Shown: positions 10,907 to 21,813, counted from the first letter of the stretch. The stretch is 64,000 nt of DNA from Nostoc sp. (GCA_036918135.1 JBALDB010000046.1:148112-212111), one strand, 5' to 3'. The notes: generated from the sequence alone by a model not told the origin. Translations and numbers: made by a program.

Positions 10907-12886
10907 ATGTCAAAAACTCAAACCGGGTCTTCTTTTTTATCTAATATCAGTGAGCGAGAACGCCAAGCATTAAAGAAGTTGGTAGATTACACAAATGTGG
11001 AATCGCTACCAGAGATTTGGCCTTTAGCAGCTGAGAAATTTGGTGATGTTGTTGCCTTGCACAACCCCCATGCTAAACCAGAAATAGTGATTACTTATAC
11101 CGAATTAGCAGAGAAAATACAACTATTTGCTGCTGGGTTGCAAGCATTGGGAGTAAAAGTAGGCGATCGCATTTCCTTAATTGCTGACAATAGTCCCCGG
11201 TGGTTTATTGCCGATCAAGGTATCATGACTGTTGGAGGAGTTGATGCGGTGCGTAGCTCCCAAGCTGAAAAAGAAGAACTGCTGTTTATCATTGCCAACA
11301 GTGGTAGTACAGCAGTGGTAATTGAGGATTTAAAGACACTTAAAAAACTGCAAGACCGCCTCAACGATCTACCAATTCAATTTGTCATCTTACTTTCAGA
11401 TGAAGCACCACCCACACAAACAACTTTAAAACTGCTAAATTTTTCCCGGTTGCTGGAAATAGGAGGGGCAAATCATGATTTTGTGCCAGTCAAGCAAAAT
11501 CGTGACGCCTTAGCAACTCTTATTTATACCTCTGGCACCACCGGCAAACCCAAGGGTGTGATGCTCTCTTATAGCAATTTGATGCACCAAGTGACAACAT
11601 TTGGCACAGTATTGCAACCAAATCCAGGCGATATCGTTCTCAGCATCTTGCCTTCGTGGCACAGCTACGAACGAACTGTTGAATATTACCTCCTATCTCA
11701 AGGTTGCACGCAAGTTTATACTAGCTTGCGTTCTGTAAAAGCAGATTTGAGACAATTTAAACCCAACTACATGGTGGGTGTACCCCGTTTGTGGGAATCA
11801 ATTTATGAAGGAGTACAAAAGCAGTTCCGCGAACAACCAGCCAAAAAGCAACGCCTAATTAAATTTTTATTAGGCATGAGCGAGAAATATATTAAAGCGC
11901 AGCGAGTTGCTCAGGGATTGGATTTAAATAATCTTCATGCCTCAGGTGGCGAACGATTAGCAGCTAAGATACAAGCATCAGCTTTATTACCCCTCCATAG
12001 CTTGGGAGAACGACTAGTTTATGCCAAAGTCCGGGAAGCTACAGGAGGAAAAGTTAAGCAGATGATTAGCGGCGGCGGTGCGCTTCCCAGACACATCGAT
12101 AACTTCTTTGAAATTATTGGCGTGCAGATTTTGCAAGGCTATGGCTTGACAGAAACTTCTCCTGTTACCCATGTACGTCGTCCTTGGCGGAATTTGATTG
12201 GTGCATCGGGGCTACCACTCCCAGCAACAGAAGCTAAAATCGTAGATCCTGAGACAAAAACGCCTTTGTCAGTAGAAAAGCGAGGCTTGGTATTGTTAAG
12301 GGGGCCGCAGATTATGCAAGGCTATTACCAAAATTCCGAAGCTACAGCCAAAGCAATTGACCCTGAAGGTTGGTTTGATAGCGGCGATATGGGTTGGTTG
12401 ACACCAGAAAATGACTTAGTGCTAACTGGGAGGGCGAAAGATACGATTGTCTTGACGAACGGCGAAAACATCGAACCACAGCCGATCGAAGATGCATGTT
12501 TGCGATCGCCCTACATCGATCAAATCATGCTTCTCGGTCAAGACCAGCGCAGCTTAGGAGCCTTAATTGTCCCCAATCTCGAAGCTTTAGAAAAATGGGC
12601 AGCAACTCAAAATCTGACCCTGGATACACAAAGCGATCGCCCGACTGACTCATCCGGTGAAAAAATTGGCTTGGAGAGTAAAATGATCCAGGATTTATTT
12701 CGCCAAGAATTAAATCGCGAAGTGCAAAATCGTCCAGGCTATCGACCAGATGACCGCATCGGGCCGTTCAAATTCATTCTGGAACCGTTTTCTATTGAAA
12801 ATGGCTTAATGACCCAAACATTGAAAGTTCGACGACACATCGTCGTGGAACGCTATCGCGATATTATTAACGGCATGTTTGCCTGA
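10907..12886 (+). CDS. aas: Long-chain acyl-ACP/acyl-CoA synthetase (AMP-binding)
   Basis: 'YTSGTTGKPKG', 'QGYGLTETSP', 'GWFDSGD', 'GRAKDTIVLTNGENIEP'. Followed by ylqD, as is usual in cyanobacteria. Confidence 0.9.
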   Translation: MSKTQTGSSFLSNISERERQALKKLVDYTNVESLPEIWPLAAEKFGDVVALHNPHAKPEIVITYTELAEKIQLFAAGLQALGVKVGDRISLIADNSPRWFIADQGIMTVGGVDAVRSSQAEKEELLFIIANSGSTAVVIEDLKTLKKLQDRLNDLPIQFVILLSDEAPPTQTTLKLLNFSRLLEIGGANHDFVPVKQNRDALATLIYTSGTTGKPKGVMLSYSNLMHQVTTFGTVLQPNPGDIVLSILPSWHSYERTVEYYLLSQGCTQVYTSLRSVKADLRQFKPNYMVGVPRLWESIYEGVQKQFREQPAKKQRLIKFLLGMSEKYIKAQRVAQGLDLNNLHASGGERLAAKIQASALLPLHSLGERLVYAKVREATGGKVKQMISGGGALPRHIDNFFEIIGVQILQGYGLTETSPVTHVRRPWRNLIGASGLPLPATEAKIVDPETKTPLSVEKRGLVLLRGPQIMQGYYQNSEATAKAIDPEGWFDSGDMGWLTPENDLVLTGRAKDTIVLTNGENIEPQPIEDACLRSPYIDQIMLLGQDQRSLGALIVPNLEALEKWAATQNLTLDTQSDRPTDSSGEKIGLESKMIQDLFRQELNREVQNRPGYRPDDRIGPFKFILEPFSIENGLMTQTLKVRRHIVVERYRDIINGMFA

Positions 12887-12927
12887 TAATTCCACCTGCC
12901 AACTATAAGAGTGAACGTGAAATATTT

Positions 12928-13377
12928 ATGGATGTCTCCAAATCTCATTTGCTCCTGAAACGTGTCGTCAACGTTAAAGTGATTGTTACTCCCCTGTGGA
13001 AAGAGGAAGTACAACAGCAGCTACAAGCACAGATCAATCAACTTGACCAGCAATTGCAACAGCTAGATGTTGAAGGACAAAGAGCGATTACTGCAATTCA
13101 AAAGCAGAGTTTGCAACCACCCGGCCCCCAGACTCTCCAACAAATTGACAATATCCAACTCCAAGTCAATCAAAAGAAGAGTGAATTTCTAGAGCAGAAA
13201 AATCAGTTGCTGCAAAACCTCCAGCAAGTGCAGTTTCTCCAACAGGATCAAGAAGTCAACCAATTCCAAATGGAAGGCTTCTTCAAAGTAGAAACGGGAG
13301 ATAACTTGATTAGCAAAATGCAAGTCGAAATTGTTCTGCGCGATGGCGTTGTCGAAGAAATTCGCGGCGACATTTAA
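12928..13377 (+). CDS. YlqD family protein
   Basis: 'LLLKRVVNVKVIVTPLWKEE', a Gln-rich coiled coil and 'EIVLRDGVVEEIRG'. Confidence 0.85.
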   Translation: MDVSKSHLLLKRVVNVKVIVTPLWKEEVQQQLQAQINQLDQQLQQLDVEGQRAITAIQKQSLQPPGPQTLQQIDNIQLQVNQKKSEFLEQKNQLLQNLQQVQFLQQDQEVNQFQMEGFFKVETGDNLISKMQVEIVLRDGVVEEIRGDI

Positions 13378-13400
13378 ATTTGTCATTTGTTCTCTCTTAC

Positions 13401-13547
13401 AAAGTTCCGATGCCTGCGGCAAGCCGCAAAGCGTCTACGGAGGAAACCTCCGCACCCTGCGGGAAGCCGCAGAAGCGTCTACAGACTTTGCGCTTTGTCT
13501 TTTGTCCTTTGCAAATGACCAATGACCAATGACCAATGACTAATGAC
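13401..13547. repeat. Nested short dispersed repeats followed by STRR heptamers (AATGACC/T)
   Basis: Two copies of CTGCGG(C/G)AAGCCGCA(G)AAGCGTCTAC flank a CGGAGGAAACCTCCG hairpin. (AATGAC[C/T]) repeats at about 13514-13547. Confidence 0.7.
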
Positions 13548-14061
13548 AAATCTGATTTAACTTAGCGTGGGTACGGCTTCCAGACCAACATTCCACCTGG
13601 GAGCCAGCCCAAATAATTTGCCAGACTGGAGGTGAACTAATAAAAAGCGATCGCCCAAAGGTTGTCATCTCAACTCGATATTTAATACCAATAGAATTAT
13701 TATCCTGCTTGATTTGTGTAATCGTCACCAAGGCTTGATTTCGTTGTGGATAAGCTACCTCTACCTTTCGCGTTCCTTGTGCTGATGCTATATCCTCAAA
13801 GGCATTCAAGGCGAGTGTAGCAGGATCGCTACCTTGGAGAGATGAGTTGATATTTTCTAGAGGTATAGTTTTATAATTTGAGCGCTCTGAATATGCCACA
13901 ACTTCCTGAGACTGATGCATCACTCTCACCTGGTGGGGTTGCCCATCGATATTGTCAACAATCGGTGTAGATTGGTGGCGCTGGGTAACATATACTCCAA
14001 TACCGACAGTGGCAAAGATACTTAATACCACAATCACAAAGAGTTTTAACTTTGCCGACAT
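13540..14061 (-). CDS. Hypothetical protein with N-terminal signal/membrane anchor
   Basis: Long ORF with a hydrophobic N-terminus. The start is uncertain (14061 or 14082). Confidence 0.65.
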   Translation of the reverse strand: MSAKLKLFVIVVLSIFATVGIGVYVTQRHQSTPIVDNIDGQPHQVRVMHQSQEVVAYSERSNYKTIPLENINSSLQGSDPATLALNAFEDIASAQGTRKVEVAYPQRNQALVTITQIKQDNNSIGIKYRVEMTTFGRSLFISSPPVWQIIWAGSQVECWSGSRTHAKLNQICH

Positions 14062-14538
14062 AAAAGTAAACAGGAATTTCAAACAGGTTAATTACCAATT
14101 TTGAATTCTAGATTGAACTGCATCCCGTATCCTCTACCTCTAAGAAACTCCTCTATCTTAAGCAGTAGGAGGAATACAAATATACCTAATATGTAGCAAT
14201 CCTATTTGATTTGTGAGACACTCGTGGTGATTTTTTAAAACCACCAACCAAAACGCGATATTGACTAACCATTGAGGATAGCTCTGTACTTATAGACCTC
14301 TAAGTCAGAATTTAGGTTCCTGGGGTCTTGGCAATACTGATTGCTCAGTAGTGCTGTTAGCGGTAGCGGGGCGTTTAGCCCGTGTTGAGCTAGGAATTCT
14401 TCCCGCTGCCTCCCTGCTCCCCTGCCCCATGCTTAACCTAAAATATAAAATCTCCAGTCCAAAATTCTTTTATCAAGATACAATTCGATCTGACAAAAGC
14501 TGTTAAAGTCCATAAACCATTGATTCCCAAACCACCCT

Positions 14539-15852
14539 ATGAGCATTCACGAAGTATTTATGCCAGCGCTGAGTTCTACCATGACCGAAGGCAAAATAGT
14601 CTCCTGGGTGAAATCGCCAGGGGACAAAGTGGAAAAAGGCGAAACAGTGGTGGTTGTAGAGTCAGATAAGGCAGATATGGATGTAGAAACCTTTTATGAA
14701 GGATTTCTTGCCCATATCATAGTTGAAGCTGGTGAAACTGCCCCGGTAGGATCTGCGATCGCTTTTATTGCTGAAACGGAAGCTGAAATTGAAAGTGCGA
14801 AATCTCTCACCAATTCCGGTGGTGCAGATGCTACCAGTGCCTCTTCCCCTGAACCAATCGCACCCGCAGCCGCAGCCGAAGACAGAACACCTGCCTTGGC
14901 GTCTCAAAATGGCTCTAACCACCGTGAAGGGAGGCTTGTAGCCTCACCTCGTGCCCGGAAGTTAGCCAAAGAACTAAAAGTTGATTTAACTACTCTCCAA
15001 GGCAGTGGCCCCCACGGTCGCATTGTCGCCGAGGATGTGCAAGGATTATCTAATAAAGCTAAGCAACCTGCTGCTACCCCAGTTGCTCCAGCAACGCCTG
15101 TACCACCCGTTACCCCAGTAGCGCCCCCTGCACCGCCTACACCAGCCGCCGCACCCGCACCAGCTGTGGCATCTGTTCCTGGTTCAATCGTGCCTCTAAC
15201 TACCTTCCAAAATGCGGTAGTACGGAATATGGTAGCTAGTCTATCTGTGCCTGTGTTCCGTGTGGCTTACAGCATTACCACTGATGAGCTAGACAAACTT
15301 TATAAACAAATTAAATCCAAAGGCGTAACGATGACAGCCCTACTGGCGAAAGCTGTAGCGGTAACATTACAAAAACACCCACTTTTGAACGCTAGCTACT
15401 CAGACCAAGGAACTGTTTATCATTCTGATATCAACATTTCTGTAGCTGTAGCGATGGATGATGGCGGATTAATTACACCTGTGCTGCAAAATGCAGACGC
15501 AGTGGATATTTATTCTCTATCGCGTAGTTGGAAGTCTTTAGTAGAACGTGCCAGAACAAAACAACTACAACCCCAAGAATATAACAGTGGTACTTTTACC
15601 CTATCTAACTTGGGGATGTTTGGTGTAGATACATTTGATGCGATTTTACCACCTGGACAAGGGTCAATTTTAGCGATCGGGGCATCCCGTCCGCAAGTGG
15701 TAGCAACACCCGATGGTTTATTTGCTGTGCGCCAACAAATGCAAGTAAATATTACTTCAGACCACCGAATTATTTACGGTGCCCATGCTGCCGCATTCTT
15801 GCAAGATTTGGCGAAATTGATTGAGACAAATGCTCATTCTTTGACACTCTAG
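14539..15852 (+). CDS. pdhC: Pyruvate dehydrogenase E2, dihydrolipoamide acetyltransferase
   Basis: Lipoyl domain 'ESDKADM', E3-binding 'ASPRARKLA', Pro/Ala linker and catalytic 'DHRIIYG'. Confidence 0.97.
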   Translation: MSIHEVFMPALSSTMTEGKIVSWVKSPGDKVEKGETVVVVESDKADMDVETFYEGFLAHIIVEAGETAPVGSAIAFIAETEAEIESAKSLTNSGGADATSASSPEPIAPAAAAEDRTPALASQNGSNHREGRLVASPRARKLAKELKVDLTTLQGSGPHGRIVAEDVQGLSNKAKQPAATPVAPATPVPPVTPVAPPAPPTPAAAPAPAVASVPGSIVPLTTFQNAVVRNMVASLSVPVFRVAYSITTDELDKLYKQIKSKGVTMTALLAKAVAVTLQKHPLLNASYSDQGTVYHSDINISVAVAMDDGGLITPVLQNADAVDIYSLSRSWKSLVERARTKQLQPQEYNSGTFTLSNLGMFGVDTFDAILPPGQGSILAIGASRPQVVATPDGLFAVRQQMQVNITSDHRIIYGAHAAAFLQDLAKLIETNAHSLTL

Positions 15853-16021
15853 TTTTGAAAGAACGCCAAAATTAAATGTTAGCGCTATTAGCGAAGTAGT
15901 TTGCCAAAGATTAGCGCTAACAACCAACAATATCGACGCTAAAATTTTTGATGGATAAACTATGTAGAGATGTGGCGTTGTCAATGTCTCTACATAAATT
16001 TATGTCCAAGCTAATATCACA

Positions 16022-16884
16022 GTGACATACGACAACACCTTAAAATATCTAGTTGAACAGTATCCAGAAGATTTTATTTGCTACTTACTCGCATCTGAAG
16101 TAATGGATATTCAGATTCTCAAAACAGAATTAAACCAAAAACCAATCCGTGCTGACTCAGTAACCTTTTTGCAAACTGCCAATCAAATACTGCATTTAGC
16201 AGTTTCAAACCTTACCAACATCAACTCTACCCTTACCACTGCGGATGCTCGACTATTGGGTGCGGCTGTATCGACAATACAATTGTGATGTCGAGCAGGT
16301 AGTAATTTTTCTTAAACCCACAACTTCAGAAGCAGTATTTGTAAATCAATTTACTACCCGCAATACTACCCACTGCTACCGCATCATCCGAATGTGGGAA
16401 CAAGATCCACAACTGTTGCTAGTATCTCCTGGTTTATTACCTCTGGCAACTTTGGCAAGAACAAATTCTCCTCAAAACTTACTCCAACAGGTAGCAGTTC
16501 AAGTGAGTATGATTGAAGAACCAGCCACCAAACAGAGTATTTCGGTATGTACCCAACTTTTAGCGGGGTTGGTATTTGAGCCAGAACTTATATCGTCAGT
16601 TTTTGAAGAGAGAAGACATGAAAGAATCTGCAATTTATCAATAAATTCTTCAAGAAGGACTTCAAGAAGGAAGAGAACAAGGTATACAAGAAGGTATAGA
16701 ACAAGGAAGACAATCACAACTGAGGCTAGTGATAGGTTTATTAACTCGTCGCCTTGGTTCAATTAATTCTCAGTTACAATCTCGGCTACAAGAGTTGTCC
16801 TTAGCTCAATTGGAGGACTTGGGTGAAGTCTTACTAGATTTCGCTACTGAAGGTGATTTAATTAATTGGGTGAATACAATATAA
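16022..16884 (+). pseudogene. Rpn family recombination-promoting nuclease/putative transposase (DUF4351 C-terminus), disrupted
   Basis: 'YDNTLKYL...PIRADS...ILHL' continues after an extra base at ~16200 as 'EFQT...RMLDYWVRL'. A second frameshift lies at ~16600 and an in-frame TAA follows 'MKESAIYQ'. The frame ends 'LEDLGEVLLDF...INWVNTI*' at 16884. Confidence 0.85.
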
Positions 16885-17066
16885 AATTAGAGTTTACCTA
16901 AACCTTTTTACCAGTTACAAAAAAGTTAGATTATCATTCCAAGCTCCTTGCTCAGTTGCGTCTGCTTCAATTTTTTGTTCGATTAATTCAATTAACGCAA
17001 TTACATATTCTTGAGTATAATTATGAGTTAAAAAATTAAAAGGTGGGCATTACCCACCTAGCTAAT

Positions 17067-18248
17067 TTATCCTTTTACACACATAACTTGTTTGAGTGTT
17101 GCGATAACTTCGACCAAATCAGCTTGATTTGCCATCACTTGTTCTATCGGTTTATAAGCACCGGGAATTTCATCCAAAACTCCTGTATCTTTCCGACATT
17201 CTACCCCTTGAGTTTGCTGAATCAAATCATCAAGAGTGTAGACATTTTTGGCCTTATTTCTAGACAATAATCGACCAGCACCGTGAGAGCAAGAACAAAA
17301 GCTGTGGGCGTTACCTTTACCTTTAACAATGAAAGACTTTGCCCCCATTGAACCAGGAATAATCCCATAGTCTTCTGTTTGGGCGCGGACTGCACCTTTA
17401 CGAGTAACGTACACATCCTCGTCAAAATGTACTTCTTTTTCAGCATAATTGTGATGACAATTCACCTGCAATAAAGGTTTAGTCGCCTTTCCACCTACAA
17501 GATGCTTCTCGACTATGTGCTTAAAACGCGCCATCATCACATCGCGGTTGACACGCGCATACTCTTGCGCCCATTGCAAATCATGCCAGTATGCTTGGAA
17601 TTCTGCGGTTCCAGCGACAAAATAAGCTAAATCAGGATCGGTTAATTTATTACCTGCCATCTTCGCTAATTCCTTGGCTGTGTTAATGTGACACTGAGCT
17701 AGATTATTGCCGATGTTGCGCGAACCAGAATGCAGCATTAGCCAAACTTGATTCTCTGTATCAAGGCACACTTCAATAAAATGATTTCCTCCACCTAGAG
17801 AACCCAGTTGTTTCATCGCTTTGCCTTGCAGGTCTTGTACGCCGTGATGCAAGTCTTTAAAATCATTCCAGCGTTGCCAGTTGGTAACAGATTTTTCAAC
17901 GTCTTTGTTTTCGTTGAACCCTGTAGGAATTGCTGCTTCAATATCTAAGCGGATTTTTTTAAGCTTCCCTTCGAGTTGTTCGCCACTAAATGACGTTTTG
18001 ATAGCACTCATACCGCAACCCACATCTACGCCCACAGCAGCAGGTATAATCGCTTCTTTGGTTGCTATTACAGAACCGACTAAGGCACCTTTACCTAAGT
18101 GGACATCTGGCATTAAGGCTACATGCTTAAACACAAATGGCAGCGATGCGACATTCTTTGCCATTTTGGTTTCTTCTGGCCCTAAAGGGTGATTCGCCCA
18201 GGATAAAACGGGTGCTGGTGTGGTAATTTCTAACTTTTCGTAGGGCAT
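17067..18248 (-). CDS. rtcB: RtcB family RNA ligase (3'-phosphate/2',3'-cyclic phosphate to 5'-OH)
   Basis: 'MPDVHLGKG', 'VDVGCG', 'GGGNHF', 'HHNY', 'PGSMG', 'SHGAGR', 'PGAYK'. Confidence 0.95.
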   Translation of the reverse strand: MPYEKLEITTPAPVLSWANHPLGPEETKMAKNVASLPFVFKHVALMPDVHLGKGALVGSVIATKEAIIPAAVGVDVGCGMSAIKTSFSGEQLEGKLKKIRLDIEAAIPTGFNENKDVEKSVTNWQRWNDFKDLHHGVQDLQGKAMKQLGSLGGGNHFIEVCLDTENQVWLMLHSGSRNIGNNLAQCHINTAKELAKMAGNKLTDPDLAYFVAGTAEFQAYWHDLQWAQEYARVNRDVMMARFKHIVEKHLVGGKATKPLLQVNCHHNYAEKEVHFDEDVYVTRKGAVRAQTEDYGIIPGSMGAKSFIVKGKGNAHSFCSCSHGAGRLLSRNKAKNVYTLDDLIQQTQGVECRKDTGVLDEIPGAYKPIEQVMANQADLVEVIATLKQVMCVKG

Positions 18249-18540
18249 AATTTTTTTATTTTGGATTTTTAATTTTAGATTTTAGATAGGGAATTTGGCA
18301 TTAGGTAGTCAAAGGGACTAAGGACTGGGGAAGATGAAAAGCAAAGGGGCAAATAATAACTCCTCACTTAACACTCAACAGTCAACACTCTCAATGCTCA
18401 CCCAATAATAAAATTATACTACAATTGTAATACAAAGTTTTCCAGTCTCAACCCGATCGCCACAACTAGAAAAGATGTACTAAAATTTGTAAAGAAAATT
18501 CTCTGATTAAAACAGTCTTTATACTTTTGGCACAATACCT

Positions 18541-19440
18541 ATGGCAGTGCGTCAAGATACAATCTGGGAACGTTTTTTATCCCCTGTAGCGCGTTTTTTC
18601 ATTGATGAAGATGGGTTGCGGCGTTATCAAGAAAGTATTGATTGGGAGAAAGAAGGCGATCGCTTTCGCCGAGCTGATGTCATAATTCCATCGTACTACA
18701 GCGAACAAAACTTTCACGGGATTGCAGGGGGATATCTCACTTCTGGTGCAGCAGTGACTTACGACCCCATAACCCAATATGTTCTGCTGCCTAACGAAAA
18801 TTTTATCCGTCAGGCTTTAATTGATACCATTAAAGTAAAACCACGACGCATACTTGATTTGGGTTGCGGTACGGGTTCCACTACTTTAATGTTAAAACAG
18901 GCTTTCCCCGAAGCCGAAGTTATTGGTTTGGATTTCTCACCTTATATGTTGGTAAGGGCAGAACATAAAAGCCAAGCTGCTGGTTTAGATATAGTTTGGC
19001 GACACGGGAATGCTGAGAAAACTGGTTTGAGTGATGCTTCCTTTGATTTGGTGACAGCTTCTTTACTATTTCACGAAATACCAGATACGGTGTCATTAGC
19101 AATTTTGCAAGAAAGCTTCCGGTTGCTGGTAGCTGGAGGACAAGTGTTAATTCAAGATGGCAATCAAAAAACTCTGCGTCAATTAGAATGGCTCAGTGAC
19201 ATTTTTGAAGAACCATATATTCGTGAGTATGCCAATGGTAGTGTCGATGCGAATATGGGTGCAGCAGGGTTTGAAGCAGTGCGAACTCAAGATGTGTGGT
19301 GGATAAATCAGGTAACTAGCGGTATTAAACCGATAGCCGCTGAAAATCCTCGCCAATATTCTGCAACGTCGATAGACACCACAATAGATAATAATAATTT
19401 GGAGGGACTTGGATCGCCAGCGTTTGGCATAATCGCATGA
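18541..19440 (+). CDS. Class I SAM-dependent methyltransferase
   Basis: 'ILDLGCGTGS' motif I; 'FDLVTASLLFHE'. Confidence 0.9.
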   Translation: MAVRQDTIWERFLSPVARFFIDEDGLRRYQESIDWEKEGDRFRRADVIIPSYYSEQNFHGIAGGYLTSGAAVTYDPITQYVLLPNENFIRQALIDTIKVKPRRILDLGCGTGSTTLMLKQAFPEAEVIGLDFSPYMLVRAEHKSQAAGLDIVWRHGNAEKTGLSDASFDLVTASLLFHEIPDTVSLAILQESFRLLVAGGQVLIQDGNQKTLRQLEWLSDIFEEPYIREYANGSVDANMGAAGFEAVRTQDVWWINQVTSGIKPIAAENPRQYSATSIDTTIDNNNLEGLGSPAFGIIA

Positions 19441-20165
19441 GTTTAAAGGCAGTTCTCTTTGATTTTAATGGTGTCATCATTAACGATGAGCCAATCCACC
19501 TGCAACTGATAGATGAGATTCTCATTCAAGAAAATCTCCAACCCCAGCGGGTGGATGAGCGACAAGCTTGTTTGGGACGCAGCGATCGCGCTTGTTTTGG
19601 GCAACTACTCGCTAATCGTGGTAGGGTAGTTACGGAAAACTATTTAACTCAACTGCTGCACCGCAAAGTTCAAGCTTACGCACTAGAACTAGAGAAAATC
19701 GAGAAACTGCCTTTGTATCCAGGTGTTGAAGACTTGATATATCAAGTGCGATCGCGCAATCTGAAATTAGGATTAGTCAGCGGTGCTATTCGCAAAGAAA
19801 TAGAACTGGTACTCAATCGAGCTAAACTCGCCGAACATTTTAAAATTATTGTCGCGGGTGATGACATCACTACTAGTAAACCAGAACCCGATGGCTACCT
19901 ACTAGCAGTTAAACAGTTGAACCAAGAATATTCCGAATTGAATCTTCAACCCGAAGAATGTCTAGCAATTGAAGATACACCAGCTGGTATTCAAGCAGCA
20001 AAGCGATCGCATATGCAAGTTGTGGGTGTCGCAAACACTTACCCCTTCCATATGCTTCAGCGCTGCTGTAACTGGACTGTTGATTACCTCAGTGATTTGG
20101 AACTAGAACGCGTGCAGAAAGTTTATTCCCAAAAACAGCCCCAGCCATCGGTTACTGAATGTTAA
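19437..20165 (+). CDS. HAD family phosphatase
   Basis: 'LFDFNGV' (degenerate DxD), 'SKPEPDGY', 'IEDTPAGI'. ATGA overlap with the upstream gene. Confidence 0.9.
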   Translation: MSLKAVLFDFNGVIINDEPIHLQLIDEILIQENLQPQRVDERQACLGRSDRACFGQLLANRGRVVTENYLTQLLHRKVQAYALELEKIEKLPLYPGVEDLIYQVRSRNLKLGLVSGAIRKEIELVLNRAKLAEHFKIIVAGDDITTSKPEPDGYLLAVKQLNQEYSELNLQPEECLAIEDTPAGIQAAKRSHMQVVGVANTYPFHMLQRCCNWTVDYLSDLELERVQKVYSQKQPQPSVTEC

Positions 20166-20189
20166 AATATTCATTAATGAATTAATTAA

Positions 20190-20262
20190 GGGGAATTAGC
20201 TCAGTTGGTAGAGCGCTGCGATCGCACCGCAGAGGCCATCGGTTCAAATCCGTTATTCTCCA
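20190..20262 (+). tRNA. trnA-CGC: tRNA-Ala (anticodon CGC)
   Basis: Acceptor stem GGGGAAT/ATTCTCC with the G3:U70 Ala identity pair and discriminator A. D-arm GCTC-AGTTGGTA-GAGC; anticodon arm CTGCG-ATCGCAC-CGCAG; T-loop TTCAAAT. CCA is not encoded. Confidence 0.95.
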
Positions 20263-20356
20263 TTTGTTCATTAAATAATTATTGTCAGTTTTAAATCTAC
20301 ATTCTGTTCTTTGAACTCTCATAATTAGGAATTATGACTGTACGTTGATGTTAATT

Positions 20357-20512
20357 TTACAGCCAAAACTGGCGATCGCCTTCCACTGTACCTGGAGCAA
20401 TTCCTTGTAACCGCCGATAAGCTATTTTGTCAGAACCGTATAATGGGACAGGTAAGCGAGGTTCTTTCAACGCCCGGTGATGTAGCAATGTCAGTTTAAG
20501 TGTAGCTTCTAT
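20357..20512 (-). pseudogene. C-terminal remnant of a probable prokaryotic Argonaute (PIWI domain end)
   Basis: Reads IEATLKLTLLHHRALKEPRLPVPLYGSDKIAYRRLQGIAPGTVEGDRQFWL*, matching the PIWI C-terminal pattern (LT.LH...RLP.P...D..A) as recalled for cyanobacterial long pAgos. It abuts an IS end. Confidence 0.65.
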
Positions 20513-21295
20513 CCCTCTTCTGTCACTTTCCGGAATAAGCAAGTAGTAAAGAAGCTAAATTATCCAGAAGCATAACAGGGCTTGAATTGATTCATTGCGG
20601 CAATTAAATGATTGAATTCCAGTAATAAATTTGAATTAGGGAAAATACTTAACCAGGGATAAATTAACCAAAATAGTAAAAGTGGTTGGATAATAAAACG
20701 CAGATTATTTAAAGTATTATTCCATCCAGATTCATGATTCCATTGTGGATGATTAAAAAAATAAACATCACTATTTTCTTGTGCTTCAGTCTCAAGTTGA
20801 CTAGATTGATTCAAGCCTAAGAAGACTGGATAATTTAAACTAATCATTGTATAAACACTAAAAATAATCTCCCCCCATCTCTCAATATATAGGAAATTAG
20901 TTAAACGGTAATCCGTCCAGCCTAGTTCCTGTTTACACTGTCGAAACCCATATTCAACCCAGGTTCTTAATCCATATAAATCACCTAAAGTCTTCTTCAA
21001 ATTCCCTTGAAGATTCGTCATCACAAAGGAGGTAGAATTTTCCGGCATGGTTTCTGGGTCAGTAGTTATTTCCCAGTAAGTTGTAGCTCTTTTTTTACTA
21101 TAAATTATTTCCCTGATGTATCTAGTCTCTGATTTTTGATTGCTAAATGTTCTCTCAAATTTACACCACTTATTCGCTCTAACGCTTTGCCCTGAAGGGA
21201 ACCAGACTCCATGATTAGTTCTAATTGAGACCACATAGCCTAAGTTATATTTAGCTATTTTTCTAATAAATTGGCTACTTTCACCATATAAACTG
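20513..21295 (-). mobile_element. IS701-family element, 5'-truncated (C-terminal half of transposase plus one terminus)
   Basis: 'SLYGESSQF...SIRTNHGVW...VRANKW...YIREIIY...YGLRTWVEYGFRQCKQELGWTDYR' is IS701-type. A putative terminus CCCTCTTCTGTCAC lies at 20513-20526. The N-terminal part of ORF 20560-21558 is unrelated sequence. Confidence 0.8.
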
Positions 21296-21602
21296 ATTTT
21301 CAGACCTTTTAAAATGATGTTGCTGAAATTTATTTGACAATTACCTTCTCCAAAAGCTTTGGGTAAATTACAGGCGATCGCTACTTTTGGTTGCACAACA
21401 ACTAAGCGGCAACCTTCTTGCTTAATAGAAGGCTCAAAATTAGATGTTTCTAAAACATCCTGTAAATCTGGATGGCGAGTATTTTCTAATAGTTTTATTT
21501 TTGTTTTCCTTAATTTCAGTAATAGAACTTTAATTTTTTGCTTGTATAGTCTTATCATCCAAGATTTTGTTTTTTATACAAGCTTTTCTCAAAAATTAAA
21601 AA

Positions 21603-21710
21603 TATAGCAGGAGGCAGGAGGTAGAAGGCAGCTATGCTGGAGGTAGAAGTATTACTATTCCTAGTATTCATGCTTGTCATTATGTTCTAAAAGGTGTGAC
21701 TACGGCTATA
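21603..21710. repeat. TATAGC...GCTATA MITE-like element, copy 1
   Basis: Starts TATAGCAGGAGGCAG and ends GGTGTGACTACGGCTATA; related to copies at 22739, 51827 and 62221. Confidence 0.7.
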
Positions 21711-21782
21711 AGTCTAATTTTTAGATTTCTGTAATAATTAGTTAAAATATTTAAAATATCTAACCATAGAAATTATTGCCAC

Positions 21783-21813
21783 AAAAAAACCTTACTGTTA
21801 ATTAACAGTAAGG
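21783..21813 (-). terminator. Rho-independent terminator-like hairpin
   Basis: Perfect palindrome CCTTACTGTTAATTAACAGTAAGG with an A-run on its left, which is a U-tract on the minus strand. Confidence 0.5.

Noticed and set aside
16022..16884. Programmed frameshifting in the Rpn-like gene
   Set aside because: Two frameshifts plus an in-frame stop indicate ordinary pseudogenisation.
20218..20225. HIP1 octamer in the tRNA anticodon arm as a sign of an insertion
   Set aside because: GCGATCGC is simply the anticodon stem and loop of tRNA-Ala(CGC), and the cloverleaf is complete.
20560..21558. Intact 332-aa IS701 transposase
   Set aside because: Only the part from 'SLYGESS' onward is transposase-like. 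The N-terminal catalytic region and the second IS end are missing.
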